DNA of 49,999 nucleotides from contig MEXB01000007.1 of assembly GCA_001773575.1 (NCBI GenBank), positions 1 to 49,999 of the forward strand, given 5' to 3'. The notes beneath the pieces are model-generated. The model made no database searches, was not told the origin of the DNA, and saw only the letters and a program-made list of their open reading frames with translations. This DNA comes from Candidatus Adlerbacteria bacterium RIFOXYC1_FULL_48_26 (GTDB lineage: Bacteria; Patescibacteriota; Minisyncoccia; Phycocordibacterales; SBAW01). Below are positions 1 through 9,496 of this stretch, in pieces (within the stretch, counting starts at the first letter, position 1; every line of letters begins with the position of its first letter). The translations under genes and the position numbers were made by a program.

Positions 1-27
1 GGCGTACGCATTGGTCTAAAGCCACCA

Positions 28-146
28 CGCACGCGGAGCGTGCGATTAGTCAGAGTTTTGTTGGAAAAAGGTTCGAGCAAAGGATATGATTAGATCACAA
101 AAAGCAACGAAGACCTCCCCTGCGGGAGGTTTCGTGCTTTTTGTGA
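28..146. repeat. structured palindromic element (two hairpins), function unknown
   Basis: Hairpin CGCACGC-gga-GCGTGCG (28-44). Long imperfect hairpin TCACAAAAAGCA...ACCTCCC/GGGAGGT...TGCTTTTTGTGA (95-146). Confidence 0.5.
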
Positions 147-190
147 GGCCAGATAGTTCGCGTAACTAACACCCAGTCTCAACTGTTGTA

Positions 191-487
191 ATGGATATGC
201 AAACTAAAAACTTTATTCGCCCCCTTATTGGGGCAGCAATCATCTTAGCAATCCCGGCTCTCTGTATGATCTTCAGTGTTGATGGGTGGATGTGGAGCGC
301 GATGGACTTCCTCATTATGGGAACACTTCTATACGTCGGAGGACTAACCTACGAATTCTTCGCGCTCAAGGCCCGCACTCCCGGACAGCGAGGTCTTATC
401 GCCATTGCAGTGTTATGTTTTGTCCTTGTTATTTGGGCACAGCTTGCCGTCCAAGCCGTCTCTCAGCTTATCGGTTTTTCCAATTAA
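191..487 (+). CDS. small integral membrane hypothetical protein
   Basis: 98 aa with about 3 hydrophobic helices; converges on murF. Confidence 0.75.
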   Translation: MDMQTKNFIRPLIGAAIILAIPALCMIFSVDGWMWSAMDFLIMGTLLYVGGLTYEFFALKARTPGQRGLIAIAVLCFVLVIWAQLAVQAVSQLIGFSN

Positions 488-1787
488 GCTCTTGTCGCAC
501 GAGTAGTTCTCGCGCACGCTCAGGTTCTCGCATCAAATGCTCTACAGTTTTCTCCATACGGATACTTTGAGAACCCTTAACGAGTATGCAGTCGCCTGAT
601 TTGATTAATCCTGCCAACTCATCCCCTGCTTTTTCTGAATCTTCATATTGAAAGATAGCGCTGTCTTTCATTCCGTTATCGAGCGCGCCTTGTGCCATGT
701 CGCGCGCACGGAACCCTACCGTGCACAGTATGTCTACTTTCTTTACCGCATACGCACCGATTTTACGATGCTCTTCTACTGAGTGGCGGCCAAGCTCAAG
801 CATGTCGCCAAGAACTGCAATTCTCCTACCTGTTTTCTTTCCTTTATTTTTAAATACTGAGTTAAGCGCATCTATAGCGGACTCAACTGCTGTCGGCGAT
901 GAATTATACGTGTCGTCTATGACCAGCGAGTCTTTGACGCCCTCTATAAGATGCATACGTCCCGGTGGAGTTTTATACTTCGCCAACCCTTGGGCAATAT
1001 TTCCTATATGCATACCCACCACGTACCCTACTGCCGCAGCAGCCACAGCTGGTAGGGCTGCATGGTTGCCGACAGTTCCACGTATAGCAACAGGAACAGT
1101 ACCCTGCGGCGTAGTGATCTGCCCCTCTATACCAGAAGGTTGCTCATGCTCGCCTTCACGCATAAGTGAAAATTCCCCAGCTTGGATATCTGCACCTTCT
1201 GAAAGTCCGAAGGTTACTATATGCGCACCGTGTTTCTCTGCTTTCTTTACGAGAACATCTTTGCGCGTATCATCAGCATAGATAATCACAGTACCCGCAG
1301 ATGAAAGTGCGTTTATAAGAGAAGCTTTTTCTTGAACGACAGCCTCCGGTGAATCAAAAAATTCAACGTGCACCGGAACCTCTGGCAAGTGTGTAATAAC
1401 TGCAATATCAACTGGAAGCCATGCAGCGAGAGAGCTAATATCGCCAGGGCGGTCTGCGCCCACCTCAAGTACTAACCATTTTGGGTATGTCGCGTTAGAC
1501 ACAATAAGAGACAACCCATCAAGCAAATTCTGAATCCAGTGCAAAGGGTTATTCCATGCATTGGGTACGCCAAGAATTGTGAGAGGGAGCCCTATCTCGC
1601 TATTAAAACTTTTATCACTTTTACGAACATGGTGTTCTTTTGAGAGAACTGCGTAGATCGCATCTTTTGTTGAAGTTTTTCCAACGCTGCCGGTTATTGC
1701 AACGATATGGGGTTTATATTTGCGGACAATAAGACGCGCTTCAAGTGTAAGCAAGTAAACAATGCATCGTTTAAAGATACTTCGCAT
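468..1787 (-). CDS. murF: UDP-N-acetylmuramoyl-tripeptide--D-Ala-D-Ala ligase
   Basis: Mur ligase motifs ITGSVGKTSTK, DDTYNSSP, VLGDMLELG and LVKGSQ; dcw context. Confidence 0.93.
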   Translation of the reverse strand: MRSIFKRCIVYLLTLEARLIVRKYKPHIVAITGSVGKTSTKDAIYAVLSKEHHVRKSDKSFNSEIGLPLTILGVPNAWNNPLHWIQNLLDGLSLIVSNATYPKWLVLEVGADRPGDISSLAAWLPVDIAVITHLPEVPVHVEFFDSPEAVVQEKASLINALSSAGTVIIYADDTRKDVLVKKAEKHGAHIVTFGLSEGADIQAGEFSLMREGEHEQPSGIEGQITTPQGTVPVAIRGTVGNHAALPAVAAAAVGYVVGMHIGNIAQGLAKYKTPPGRMHLIEGVKDSLVIDDTYNSSPTAVESAIDALNSVFKNKGKKTGRRIAVLGDMLELGRHSVEEHRKIGAYAVKKVDILCTVGFRARDMAQGALDNGMKDSAIFQYEDSEKAGDELAGLIKSGDCILVKGSQSIRMEKTVEHLMREPERARELLVRQELNWKNR

Positions 1788-1808
1788 AAAATCTATTGAG
1801 TTGAGACA

Positions 1809-3518
1809 CTATCTGTCCGGCGGGACGTCGTAGTAGTTAATAAGGAATTGAACAATACGATGGAACGTTGTACCCCAAGTCTCTGACGAATATTGCGCAC
1901 CGACAGGTTGATACCCAAAAAGGAAAATAATGTATTTTGCATTGTAAGAAGGGAAAAAGCCGAAATAACTGTGTAGGTATCTGTCACTATAGTAGCCTCC
2001 GCCTGAGGGGTTCGCAATCTGGGCAGTCCCCGTCTTTGCACCCACACTGTAATGCTCAAATTGCAGGTCTTTGGTAAAGGCCTCGTCCACCACGCCCGTA
2101 AGCATGCGCTGGATAGCGGTAGCGGTTTCAGGCTTCAAGTGGGGCCCAGTCTTGGGCCAGTCTAATTGTTTAGTGACACCCGTTGTGTAGCGGATGGAGC
2201 GGGTAAGGTGCGGCGTTACCAAGTACCCGCCGTTTGCGAGCACAGCGAGCGCACGAACTGTTTCTATTGGGGTCATGGCAATTCCCTGCCCGAAAGATGC
2301 CGTGTCGTATTCAACCTGGCGTGGGCTTTTAAAGTTAGTGAAAATGCCTGAGATCTCTGCCGGCAAATCTATTCCTGTTGTTGTCGCCATGCCGTAGTGG
2401 TCGAGGAAGTATTTACGCATGGTTGTCGTTCCCATTTTTGTCGCAACGAATGACGCACCAAGGTTGAGCGACTGCGAGAGAATTTGTTGCATAGGCACCA
2501 CGCCGCGCGCCTTTAGGTCGAAGTTACAAATTTTCTTTTTATCTACCGTGATACACCCTGTGTCGTTGTATGTTGTGTCTTCTCTAATAGCTCCTGAGTC
2601 CAGCCCAGCCGCAACGGTAAGAGGTTTTACAATAGAACCCATTTCATACACGTTTTGCACCATTGGGTTTGCATATATAAGGGGGTCTTCTTGTTTATTG
2701 AAACTGTTCAGGTCAAAGGTAGGAGAAATTGCCATGGCGTAAATTTCGCCAGTATGAGGATTCATAATAATCCCGCCCGCAAGCTGTGGGTGCCATGCTT
2801 CTTGATATGCCCTCAGCTCCTGTTCAAGCTCGCTTTGCACATTTGGGTCTATGGTCGTGATGATATCCCCTTCCTGCTCCTCGCCTTTAATAAGCGACTT
2901 AACGCTACCGAAGAGTTCCACAAAGAAGTTTGTGTAAAGATCGTCACTGGTTCGTTCAAGTGTCGAGTTGTAGTACCGTTCAAGACCGTAGCGGCCCGAC
3001 TGAGTGTCGGAATTGTTGTATGCAACGAATCCGATCTCCTGCGCCGCCAATGAGCCGCCTGGGTACTCACGCCAACGGTCGCTTTGAACAACAAGACCTG
3101 GGAGTTGTTTTGCTTGGAGGGCGGCACCGCTGTCATCAGAGAGACGCTGTGCGAGCAATTGATACTGTGTTTTTGGTTTTGTTGCCTTTGTCATGCACAC
3201 CACACGGTCAAGTTGAATGACCTCTGCAAGTACATCGCATAACTGGTTAGCATCAGTGACCTTAGTCGGGTTTACTGCTATTGAAAACCCATCTCTGATC
3301 ACTGCAGCGGCGATGTTGGCATTCTTCTTATCAGAAAAATAAATTGTGCCACGGTTAAGAAGAGGCGCTGCAGGCTGTATAAACTGTGCGTCGGCACGAG
3401 CACGATAACTTCCACCATGCATAATCTGCAAATAATAGAGACGCCCGATAATTATCAGGGCGATAGCAATGCAAAAAAGCATCAGTATGCGTGAGCGTCC
3501 AAGGAAGCGTTTCTGCAT
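1809..3518 (-). CDS. ftsI: class B penicillin-binding protein (FtsI/PBP3-like)
   Basis: N-terminal TM; SxxK (GSIVK), SxN (SLN) and KTG motifs; downstream of mraZ-rsmH-ftsL. Start moved to MQKRF. Confidence 0.85.
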   Translation of the reverse strand: MQKRFLGRSRILMLFCIAIALIIIGRLYYLQIMHGGSYRARADAQFIQPAAPLLNRGTIYFSDKKNANIAAAVIRDGFSIAVNPTKVTDANQLCDVLAEVIQLDRVVCMTKATKPKTQYQLLAQRLSDDSGAALQAKQLPGLVVQSDRWREYPGGSLAAQEIGFVAYNNSDTQSGRYGLERYYNSTLERTSDDLYTNFFVELFGSVKSLIKGEEQEGDIITTIDPNVQSELEQELRAYQEAWHPQLAGGIIMNPHTGEIYAMAISPTFDLNSFNKQEDPLIYANPMVQNVYEMGSIVKPLTVAAGLDSGAIREDTTYNDTGCITVDKKKICNFDLKARGVVPMQQILSQSLNLGASFVATKMGTTTMRKYFLDHYGMATTTGIDLPAEISGIFTNFKSPRQVEYDTASFGQGIAMTPIETVRALAVLANGGYLVTPHLTRSIRYTTGVTKQLDWPKTGPHLKPETATAIQRMLTGVVDEAFTKDLQFEHYSVGAKTGTAQIANPSGGGYYSDRYLHSYFGFFPSYNAKYIIFLFGYQPVGAQYSSETWGTTFHRIVQFLINYYDVPPDR

Positions 3519-3522
3519 CACC

Positions 3523-3843
3523 TTATTGTAACGAAAGAGGTGCGCGTGTGTCCTGTGCATAGACAGGAGTTACGTCAACGGGGCGCACGAACCCAAGTTC
3601 AGTTGCCAGAGTGGGTGTGAGCTTTTCCATATCGCGCAAATAGCTTGTCTCGAGTGCGCTCACCTCCACGGTAAGACTATCAACGTTATCTCGTGCGGCT
3701 GTGCGGCCTGCGGTGTGCCCAACTGCGAGCATCAAAAAGACTATGTAGAGGAAGACGGAAAGAGCGCAGATGCCAATAAGGGCTGCAATGGCTCGTGAGA
3801 GATAGAGCTGGTAGAGGTCGAGGCGTCGTGTGAGAGTAGTCAT
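3523..3843 (-). CDS. FtsL-like cell division protein
   Basis: TM helix plus coiled coil ending in ATELGF; syntenic position between rsmH and ftsI. Confidence 0.65.
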   Translation of the reverse strand: MTTLTRRLDLYQLYLSRAIAALIGICALSVFLYIVFLMLAVGHTAGRTAARDNVDSLTVEVSALETSYLRDMEKLTPTLATELGFVRPVDVTPVYAQDTRAPLSLQ

Positions 3844-3848
3844 AAAGT

Positions 3849-4823
3849 TTAAGAGGTTTTTTCGATTACGCGGAGTTTTGCACTGCGGGCTCGTGGGTTG
3901 CTGATAATTTCTGCTCGGTCAGGGATTAGTGGTTTTTTTACGATCAGCTTCCCTTCTTTCTTTGCAAACTCAGCGAACAATCTTTTTACCGCCCGGTCTT
4001 CAATGCTATGGAAGGTAATTACTGCTATCCGCCCTCCAACCTCCAGATGATTCCACGCCGCAGTGATTCCGGTATGTATGACGCCTAGTTCATCATTGAC
4101 CGCCATGCGCATTGCCTGGAAGGTGCGCGTTGCGAAGTGGATGCGCCCTTTGTGGTACGGGCGCGGAGTGCTGTCACGAACAATTTCAACTAGCTCAAAC
4201 GTTGTTTGGATTGGCTGGACTTCACGTCGCTCAACAACTGCTTTTGCGATACGGCGCGCATACCGCTCCTCTCCGTACCCATAAAACACATTCGCAAGAG
4301 TTTCCTCATCCCATTCGTTCAATGCTTCTGCTGCGGTAAAACCTGATGCTGGTTTTTTGCCATAGCTCATGTTGAGTGGCTCATCTGTCAAAAACGAAAA
4401 GCCGCGGCCTGAGCTGAGCTGGCCAGAGTTCCATCCAAGATCAAAGAGTGCTTTGTTGATTTTCTCGATCCCCTTCTTTGCAAGAACTTTTTCAAGTTCA
4501 CTAAAATTTGCTTCAACGACTTCTGCACGCTCGCCAAATGAGGTAAGACGCTCGCGTGCGCGGGCAACAGCAGCAGGGTCGGCATCAAATGCGAGCACCC
4601 GTGCTTTTGGTGACTGTTTTAAAATTTCATAGCTATGTCCCCCTTCGCCGGCTGTTCCATCTACAACAAGTTCGCCAGCCTTAATATCCAAAAGCTCTAG
4701 TGACTCTTTTGGCATTACAGAGGTGTGGGTGACTTTCCCTAAATTCTGCTGGCGTGCAGGGCCACCCTCCTCTCGCAAGAGGCGGCTACGGACACCAACA
4801 GAGTTTAAAGAAAGTGCAGTCAT
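3849..4823 (-). CDS. rsmH: 16S rRNA m4C1402 methyltransferase
   Basis: Motifs HTSVM, DGTAGEGGHS, ITFHSIEDR and NPRARSAKLR. About 30-aa N-terminal extension encoded by a palindrome. Confidence 0.95.
   Translation of the reverse strand: MTALSLNSVGVRSRLLREEGGPARQQNLGKVTHTSVMPKESLELLDIKAGELVVDGTAGEGGHSYEILKQSPKARVLAFDADPAAVARARERLTSFGERAEVVEANFSELEKVLAKKGIEKINKALFDLGWNSGQLSSGRGFSFLTDEPLNMSYGKKPASGFTAAEALNEWDEETLANVFYGYGEERYARRIAKAVVERREVQPIQTTFELVEIVRDSTPRPYHKGRIHFATRTFQAMRMAVNDELGVIHTGITAAWNHLEVGGRIAVITFHSIEDRAVKRLFAEFAKKEGKLIVKKPLIPDRAEIISNPRARSAKLRVIEKTS
4732..4815. repeat. in-frame palindromic element in rsmH 5' end
   Basis: 24-nt arms ACTTTCCCTAAATTCTGCTGGCGT / ACACCAACAGAGTTTAAAGAAAGT pair at 19/24 positions; 4 of 5 mismatches are G-U on the mRNA strand. 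Inner hairpin CCTCT-cgca-AGAGG. Confidence 0.75.
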
Positions 4824-4828
4824 AAATA

Positions 4829-5263
4829 TTACAAGATGCCTAAATCTCCGAGCTTTTCTGCCATTTGGTCTGCACCCTTCTCAATGCGGTGTTTATACTC
4901 TTCCCATGTTTTCTCGTTCCAGATTTCAATACGGTCAGAAACACCAGCAAGGACAACGCGAGATTTTAGATCAGCAAAGTCTTTCAAATAATCAGGAACA
5001 AGAATGCGACCCGCATTATCTACTTCTGTATCAACGGCACCTGCCAAAATAAAACGGCTCATGCCGCGAGTGTCAGCTTGACCAAACGGTAGGTCTGAAA
5101 GTTTGCTCGCAATTTTATCCCACGACTTTTGTGGAAAAAGAAAAAGACATGAATCGAGCCCTCGTGTGATAACAACTTTTTTACCAATTTCTTTACGAAA
5201 TTTTGCCGGCATCGATAGCCGTTTCTTTGCATCCAGAGTGTGTAAGTATTCGCCGATCAGCAT
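4829..5263 (-). CDS. mraZ: division/cell wall cluster transcriptional repressor MraZ
   Basis: MLIGEY..LDAKKRLSMP and DNAGRILVP AbrB-like repeats; first gene of the dcw cluster. Confidence 0.95.
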   Translation of the reverse strand: MLIGEYLHTLDAKKRLSMPAKFRKEIGKKVVITRGLDSCLFLFPQKSWDKIASKLSDLPFGQADTRGMSRFILAGAVDTEVDNAGRILVPDYLKDFADLKSRVVLAGVSDRIEIWNEKTWEEYKHRIEKGADQMAEKLGDLGIL

Positions 5264-5279
5264 AGTGTTTTTGAGACTT

Positions 5280-5346
5280 CCCACTTCGTCCCACTAATAT
5301 AGAAGTATATGGTACTTTACCCCACTTACCCACCCTTCTTATCCAC
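5280..5346 (-). promoter_or_regulatory. MraZ operator repeats (GTGGG)
   Basis: CCCAC on + at 5280, 5290, 5321 and 5329, plus TCCAC at 5342. Matches the known TGGG/GTGG MraZ-binding repeats upstream of mraZ. Confidence 0.7.
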
Positions 5347-5347
5347 A
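5339..5347 (+). promoter_or_regulatory. perfect DnaA box
   Basis: TTATCCACA in the mraZ promoter region. Confidence 0.45.
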
Positions 5348-5350
5348 AAA

Positions 5351-5378
5351 CAAAAACTCCCCTGAAGGGAGTATTTGT
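5351..5378 (-). terminator. intrinsic terminator after lysS
   Basis: CAAAAACTCCC-ctgaa-GGGAGTATTTG hairpin with U-tract on the minus strand. Confidence 0.65.
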
Positions 5379-5393
5379 GTATCTTGTGTGTTT

Positions 5394-6962
5394 TTATTGA
5401 GAAACTTCTTTCAATCGCTCGAGGACGAAGTTTTTATCGAGAACAGAAAGGAACCAGCCAACTTTAGGGCCGTAGGTTTTACCGAGGAACGCAAGGTAAA
5501 GCGCGCTGAAGAGTTCTGCAGGCTGAATTCCCATTTCCTCCTTAATAGAGTGTAGTTTCTGTTGGATATCTTCCCCGCTTGGCATGCCATCTGCGGCTTC
5601 AATAAACTCTGTAAGAGCTGTGAGGCCTTTCTTTTGGTTTTCGTTCAGGTCTTTTGCGGCATCAGGCATGGTCTGCTGGAGTGTAAAGACAAATTTCTCA
5701 GGAGCGCACTGCTGTATCCAATACTGGGCGTACTCAGCACGCTCACCAAGCTCAAGCATGTCATTCTCAGTCAACGGCGCGCCCTTCAATCGCTCTGCCT
5801 CCTGTTCAATATTTAAGTGCGGCATCTGCGTTAGGAATGCAATCTGTGAGAAGCGCGGCAAAAATACATCGTCGGCTAGAAGCTGGTTTGTTGGGTGAAT
5901 AAATTCAAACAAACGCGCGTAGTCGTCATCTTTTGTTGCGCGATACCCTTGTGCTAATTTATCGTAGAGGTCGTACAGGACAGGAATAGTGTCTCCTGCT
6001 GGGTCAAAGTTAAAGGCCTGCGTTATTTCTTTACCAATAAGTGCCAAACGAAGTATTTTTGCAGGCACCAAATCAGAAATTGCTTTTGCGCTACTGCCAC
6101 GACCCTTACTTGATGACATCTTCTGTCCGCCCACGAGGAAGAATTCGTATGGCACATCAAATGGGGGCTCGTATCCGAATACCTCTTTTGCGATATGGTT
6201 TGCCACATCGCGTGCACCACCTTTAGTAGAGTGATCTTTTCCTGCCCCTTCAACCATCACCTCCATCACTACCCACTTTGCAGGCCATTCAACCTTCCAT
6301 GGGAGTTTTGCGCGGCCGGAGAACGGGCTAACGCGTCCTGCAAAGCCGCAGCCCTTTACCCAATCGAGGTCGCGGCATGTAATCTGCACTGTTTCTCCAT
6401 CAAAGTCAGTTGCGAATGTTGTTGAGAGTTTTCCGCAGGTGGGACAAATCACACTGATTGGTAGCCAGTCTTCTTTTCGTTCGCCACCAGACACTTCTTT
6501 GTAGATACGGCGAATATCTCCAGCACGTTCAAGTGCAGTACGGATAACACCATCCATCTTTCCAGTTAGATACAGCTCACTGCTGCGATAAAACTCTGGG
6601 TAGTATCCGGCCTTTTCTATTACCTGCTGAAATTCGGCTCCGTAGTATTCTGCAAAGTTGTCGTACCCTGGCTCTGGTGATGGAATATTTTTTAAAGGCA
6701 TTCCAAGATACTGCTGGTATTTTTCCTGATCCAGATAACTAGGAATACCATCCATTGGATCAAAGTCGTTGAACTCGTACTTGTAGACATTTGCGGCACC
6801 AGTATTACCGAGAGCTTCACTAAGGGCGCCATGTATCACAACACCTCGAAGCGAACCGATGTGGACTTGGCCCGAGAGAGTCTTTTCATCGCGGATAAGA
6901 ATAGACTTCCCCGTTCCAAAACGGTCCACAATCTCTTTCGCTATCCTATCTGCCCAAAACAT
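5394..6962 (-). CDS. lysS: lysine--tRNA ligase, class I
   Basis: MFWAD start, SGQVHIGS (HIGH), CPTCG, KLPWKVEWPAKW, GKDH and KMSSSKG. Confidence 0.95.
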   Translation of the reverse strand: MFWADRIAKEIVDRFGTGKSILIRDEKTLSGQVHIGSLRGVVIHGALSEALGNTGAANVYKYEFNDFDPMDGIPSYLDQEKYQQYLGMPLKNIPSPEPGYDNFAEYYGAEFQQVIEKAGYYPEFYRSSELYLTGKMDGVIRTALERAGDIRRIYKEVSGGERKEDWLPISVICPTCGKLSTTFATDFDGETVQITCRDLDWVKGCGFAGRVSPFSGRAKLPWKVEWPAKWVVMEVMVEGAGKDHSTKGGARDVANHIAKEVFGYEPPFDVPYEFFLVGGQKMSSSKGRGSSAKAISDLVPAKILRLALIGKEITQAFNFDPAGDTIPVLYDLYDKLAQGYRATKDDDYARLFEFIHPTNQLLADDVFLPRFSQIAFLTQMPHLNIEQEAERLKGAPLTENDMLELGERAEYAQYWIQQCAPEKFVFTLQQTMPDAAKDLNENQKKGLTALTEFIEAADGMPSGEDIQQKLHSIKEEMGIQPAELFSALYLAFLGKTYGPKVGWFLSVLDKNFVLERLKEVSQ

Positions 6963-6976
6963 TCTTACAGCATAAC

Positions 6977-7010
6977 AAAAAAAGCCCCTTTTGCGAGGGG
7001 CTTTTTCTTT
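6977..7010. terminator. intrinsic terminator after greA (A/T flanks on both sides)
   Basis: AAAAAAGCCCCT-tttgcg-AGGGGCTTTTT. Confidence 0.8.
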
Positions 7011-7470
7011 ATTCAACTTTGAGAATTTTGTATTTCTGAGTTCCTTTTGGAGTGTGGAAGGAGAACTCATCCCCTTTCTTTTTACCAAGAAGTGCGTTGC
7101 CCAGTGGTGAGTGGTAGGAAATTTTTCCTGCAAGCATGTCAGCCTCTTCTGCGCCGACGATGATGTATGTGTGCTTGTCGTCTGCGCCAACTTTTTGGAC
7201 CGAGACAGTTGCGCCCATACCAACGATATCGCTCTTGCTACCGCGAACGATCTTCGCGTTCTTCATTATTGCTTCGAGTTTCTGAACGCGCTCTTCTACC
7301 GCAGCCTGCATTTCGCGAGCTTCTTGGTATTCAGCATTTTCAGAAAGGTCGCCGAGTGAACGAGCGTACTCGAGTTGCTCTGCAACTTCCTTGCGGCGAG
7401 TTGTGTGCAAGTACTCAAGTTCTTTCTTAAGCTCTTCGAATTTTTCTTGTGATATTAGTTCTTCAGTCAT
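7009..7470 (-). CDS. greA: transcription elongation factor GreA
   Basis: GDLSENAEY and ISYHSPLGNALLGK. Confidence 0.96.
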   Translation of the reverse strand: MTEELISQEKFEELKKELEYLHTTRRKEVAEQLEYARSLGDLSENAEYQEAREMQAAVEERVQKLEAIMKNAKIVRGSKSDIVGMGATVSVQKVGADDKHTYIIVGAEEADMLAGKISYHSPLGNALLGKKKGDEFSFHTPKGTQKYKILKVE

Positions 7471-7521
7471 ATATATTTGAGTACCAAAGTATAACCGGAG
7501 AACGCCACCCGTCAAAGTGGA

Positions 7522-9210
7522 CTACTGGAGATACTGTGGTGCATTAGTATGCATCCACCCAAAGAAATCGTACATAACTGAAGCGCCTCCCACGGGAGTC
7601 CCTGAAGGCATTTTCTCAAGCACTACCGCAAAGGCGTACTTCGGCTCATCGTACGGCCAGAATCCAATCATCCATGCATTTTGAGATTCATTACGAAGTC
7701 CAACCTCGGCAGTACCTGTCTTTGCGGCCGCCTGAACGAATGAAAAATTGATAGCAGTCGCAATACCAGTTCGAACACCTTGGCGCATTCCTTCGCGCGC
7801 TACTTGCAAATTGTATGAATCAATTGGAAGTCTCTCAACATTCTGTTTCGGTGCATTAGCCAAAAGCGTTGGTGTCAGCATATATCCACCGTTTGCAACT
7901 GCCACAGCACTACGCACTGCTTGCAGTGGAGTTACCTGCATACCGTACTGACCGATAGCTGTATGGTATGTGTTACCAACACGCCATGTTGGGTCGTCGG
8001 GGAAATTTTCTGCCTTCCATGCAGGGCTTGGAACTGTTCCCGTCTTATAACTAAACCCAGCAAGTCCTGCATCTGACCCAAAACCAAACATACGGAAATA
8101 TTTTTCTATATTTGAAATGCCTATACCTCGCTGGTTTTTAAATCCGCCACCTACTTCATAAAAAAATACGTCTGAGGAAACCGCGATAGCATCGCGGACC
8201 GTCACTGCGCCGTGTGCACGCCAGTCTCTAAAAATAGTTGGTTTGCTTGGGTTGTAGGGGTTAGGAACACTGATCTGACCTGTCGACACAATAATAGTAT
8301 TCTCCGTTATCACACCCTCCTGAAGCGCAGCAGCTCCCATAATCGGTTTAATAATTGAGCCTGGTGAGTACAGGCCGTCGACTGCTCTGTCGAGGAAGGG
8401 TTGGTTTTTATTGGTGTTATAGGAACGGATTGCATCCTTATCACCTTCTACCATAGCGTTGGGAGAATATTCTGGGTAGCTCGTAAGCGCAAGCAACTCC
8501 CCCGTCCTGACATCCATAATGACACCGGCGCCGCCGACCGCATGTGCTTCCTGCGCACGTTTCGCTATCACTTCGTACAAACCACTTGTTACCTTTGCAT
8601 CAATGGAAAGAGTGAGCTTATCGCCTGAGCGTGGCGGCTGTATCGTACTTTCAGAAACTACCTTATCGAGCGCGTCAGTCTCTGTGAGTTTCAAACCATT
8701 TTTCCCTCCGAGCGCATCGTTGAATGCTTTCTCTGCACCGTCCATACCGATGAACTGAGTTCGATAATACGTACCACCAGAATCTTTCGCAGGAGATTGC
8801 GCAAACCCTATGACGTGCGCTAGCCCCGACATATCTATGTACACACGCTGCGCAAAATCATCCGTAACCGATGTTCGCTCATTGTATGCAAGCGGAACGC
8901 CGTTACGATCTTCAATGATGCCCCGGTCGGCAAAAATAGTTCGTTGCGCGAGCTGGTTATTCTTTGCTCGCTGGGCGTACATCTCGCCGTTTATAAGTTG
9001 CAGGCTACTCGCGCGTACAATATACGCGCTAAAAAGTAGGCCCATGAGCACTGCAGCCACAATCATGGTGCGCTGGCCCAGTGGACGCTCTATCCTGCCT
9101 TCAAACTGGTCGCGATCAAAATCTGCGACGTTTGATGCATCAATAAGAATTTCGTCAGGATTTATTTCGGTAGTCCGTCTTGATTTTCGCCGTATACCGA
9201 AAAAACGCAT
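7522..9210 (-). CDS. mrdA: penicillin-binding protein 2 (elongasome transpeptidase)
   Basis: GSIIK, SSD (SxD) and KTGT motifs; follows mreBCD. Confidence 0.88.
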   Translation of the reverse strand: MRFFGIRRKSRRTTEINPDEILIDASNVADFDRDQFEGRIERPLGQRTMIVAAVLMGLLFSAYIVRASSLQLINGEMYAQRAKNNQLAQRTIFADRGIIEDRNGVPLAYNERTSVTDDFAQRVYIDMSGLAHVIGFAQSPAKDSGGTYYRTQFIGMDGAEKAFNDALGGKNGLKLTETDALDKVVSESTIQPPRSGDKLTLSIDAKVTSGLYEVIAKRAQEAHAVGGAGVIMDVRTGELLALTSYPEYSPNAMVEGDKDAIRSYNTNKNQPFLDRAVDGLYSPGSIIKPIMGAAALQEGVITENTIIVSTGQISVPNPYNPSKPTIFRDWRAHGAVTVRDAIAVSSDVFFYEVGGGFKNQRGIGISNIEKYFRMFGFGSDAGLAGFSYKTGTVPSPAWKAENFPDDPTWRVGNTYHTAIGQYGMQVTPLQAVRSAVAVANGGYMLTPTLLANAPKQNVERLPIDSYNLQVAREGMRQGVRTGIATAINFSFVQAAAKTGTAEVGLRNESQNAWMIGFWPYDEPKYAFAVVLEKMPSGTPVGGASVMYDFFGWMHTNAPQYLQ

Positions 9211-9229
9211 ACCGACATTTTACACACCC

Positions 9230-9496
9230 CTACCGCAAATGGCGAATAATTACACTTCTAGCCACAATACTAAGCACCACTGCTACCGTGCATGGAAATA
9301 CAAGTGAGTGAAATAACCCGACAGGCGTGCCAAATATAAGGTCAGCGCACCACGCAAGAAGGAGGGCCGGCAGCCAATATCCATAGAATGCTGCGATAAA
9401 CGGCGCCACAAACATAAGTGGCCACCATGGTAGAAAGAAACCGATGATGAAGAGCACAGGCACACCTATACGTATGACCCACGCGTTAGCGCGCAT
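9230..9496 (-). CDS. small membrane protein, MreD-like by position
   Basis: Very hydrophobic 88 aa between mreC and pbp2. Confidence 0.55.
   Translation of the reverse strand: MRANAWVIRIGVPVLFIIGFFLPWWPLMFVAPFIAAFYGYWLPALLLAWCADLIFGTPVGLFHSLVFPCTVAVVLSIVARSVIIRHLR

Noticed and set aside
5339-5347. replication origin
   Set aside because: Isolated DnaA boxes only, with no box cluster and no dnaA/dnaN nearby.
6963-7223. 87-aa N-terminal extension of LysRS overlapping greA
   Set aside because: It crosses a terminator and greA; the true start is MFWAD after a -10 box.
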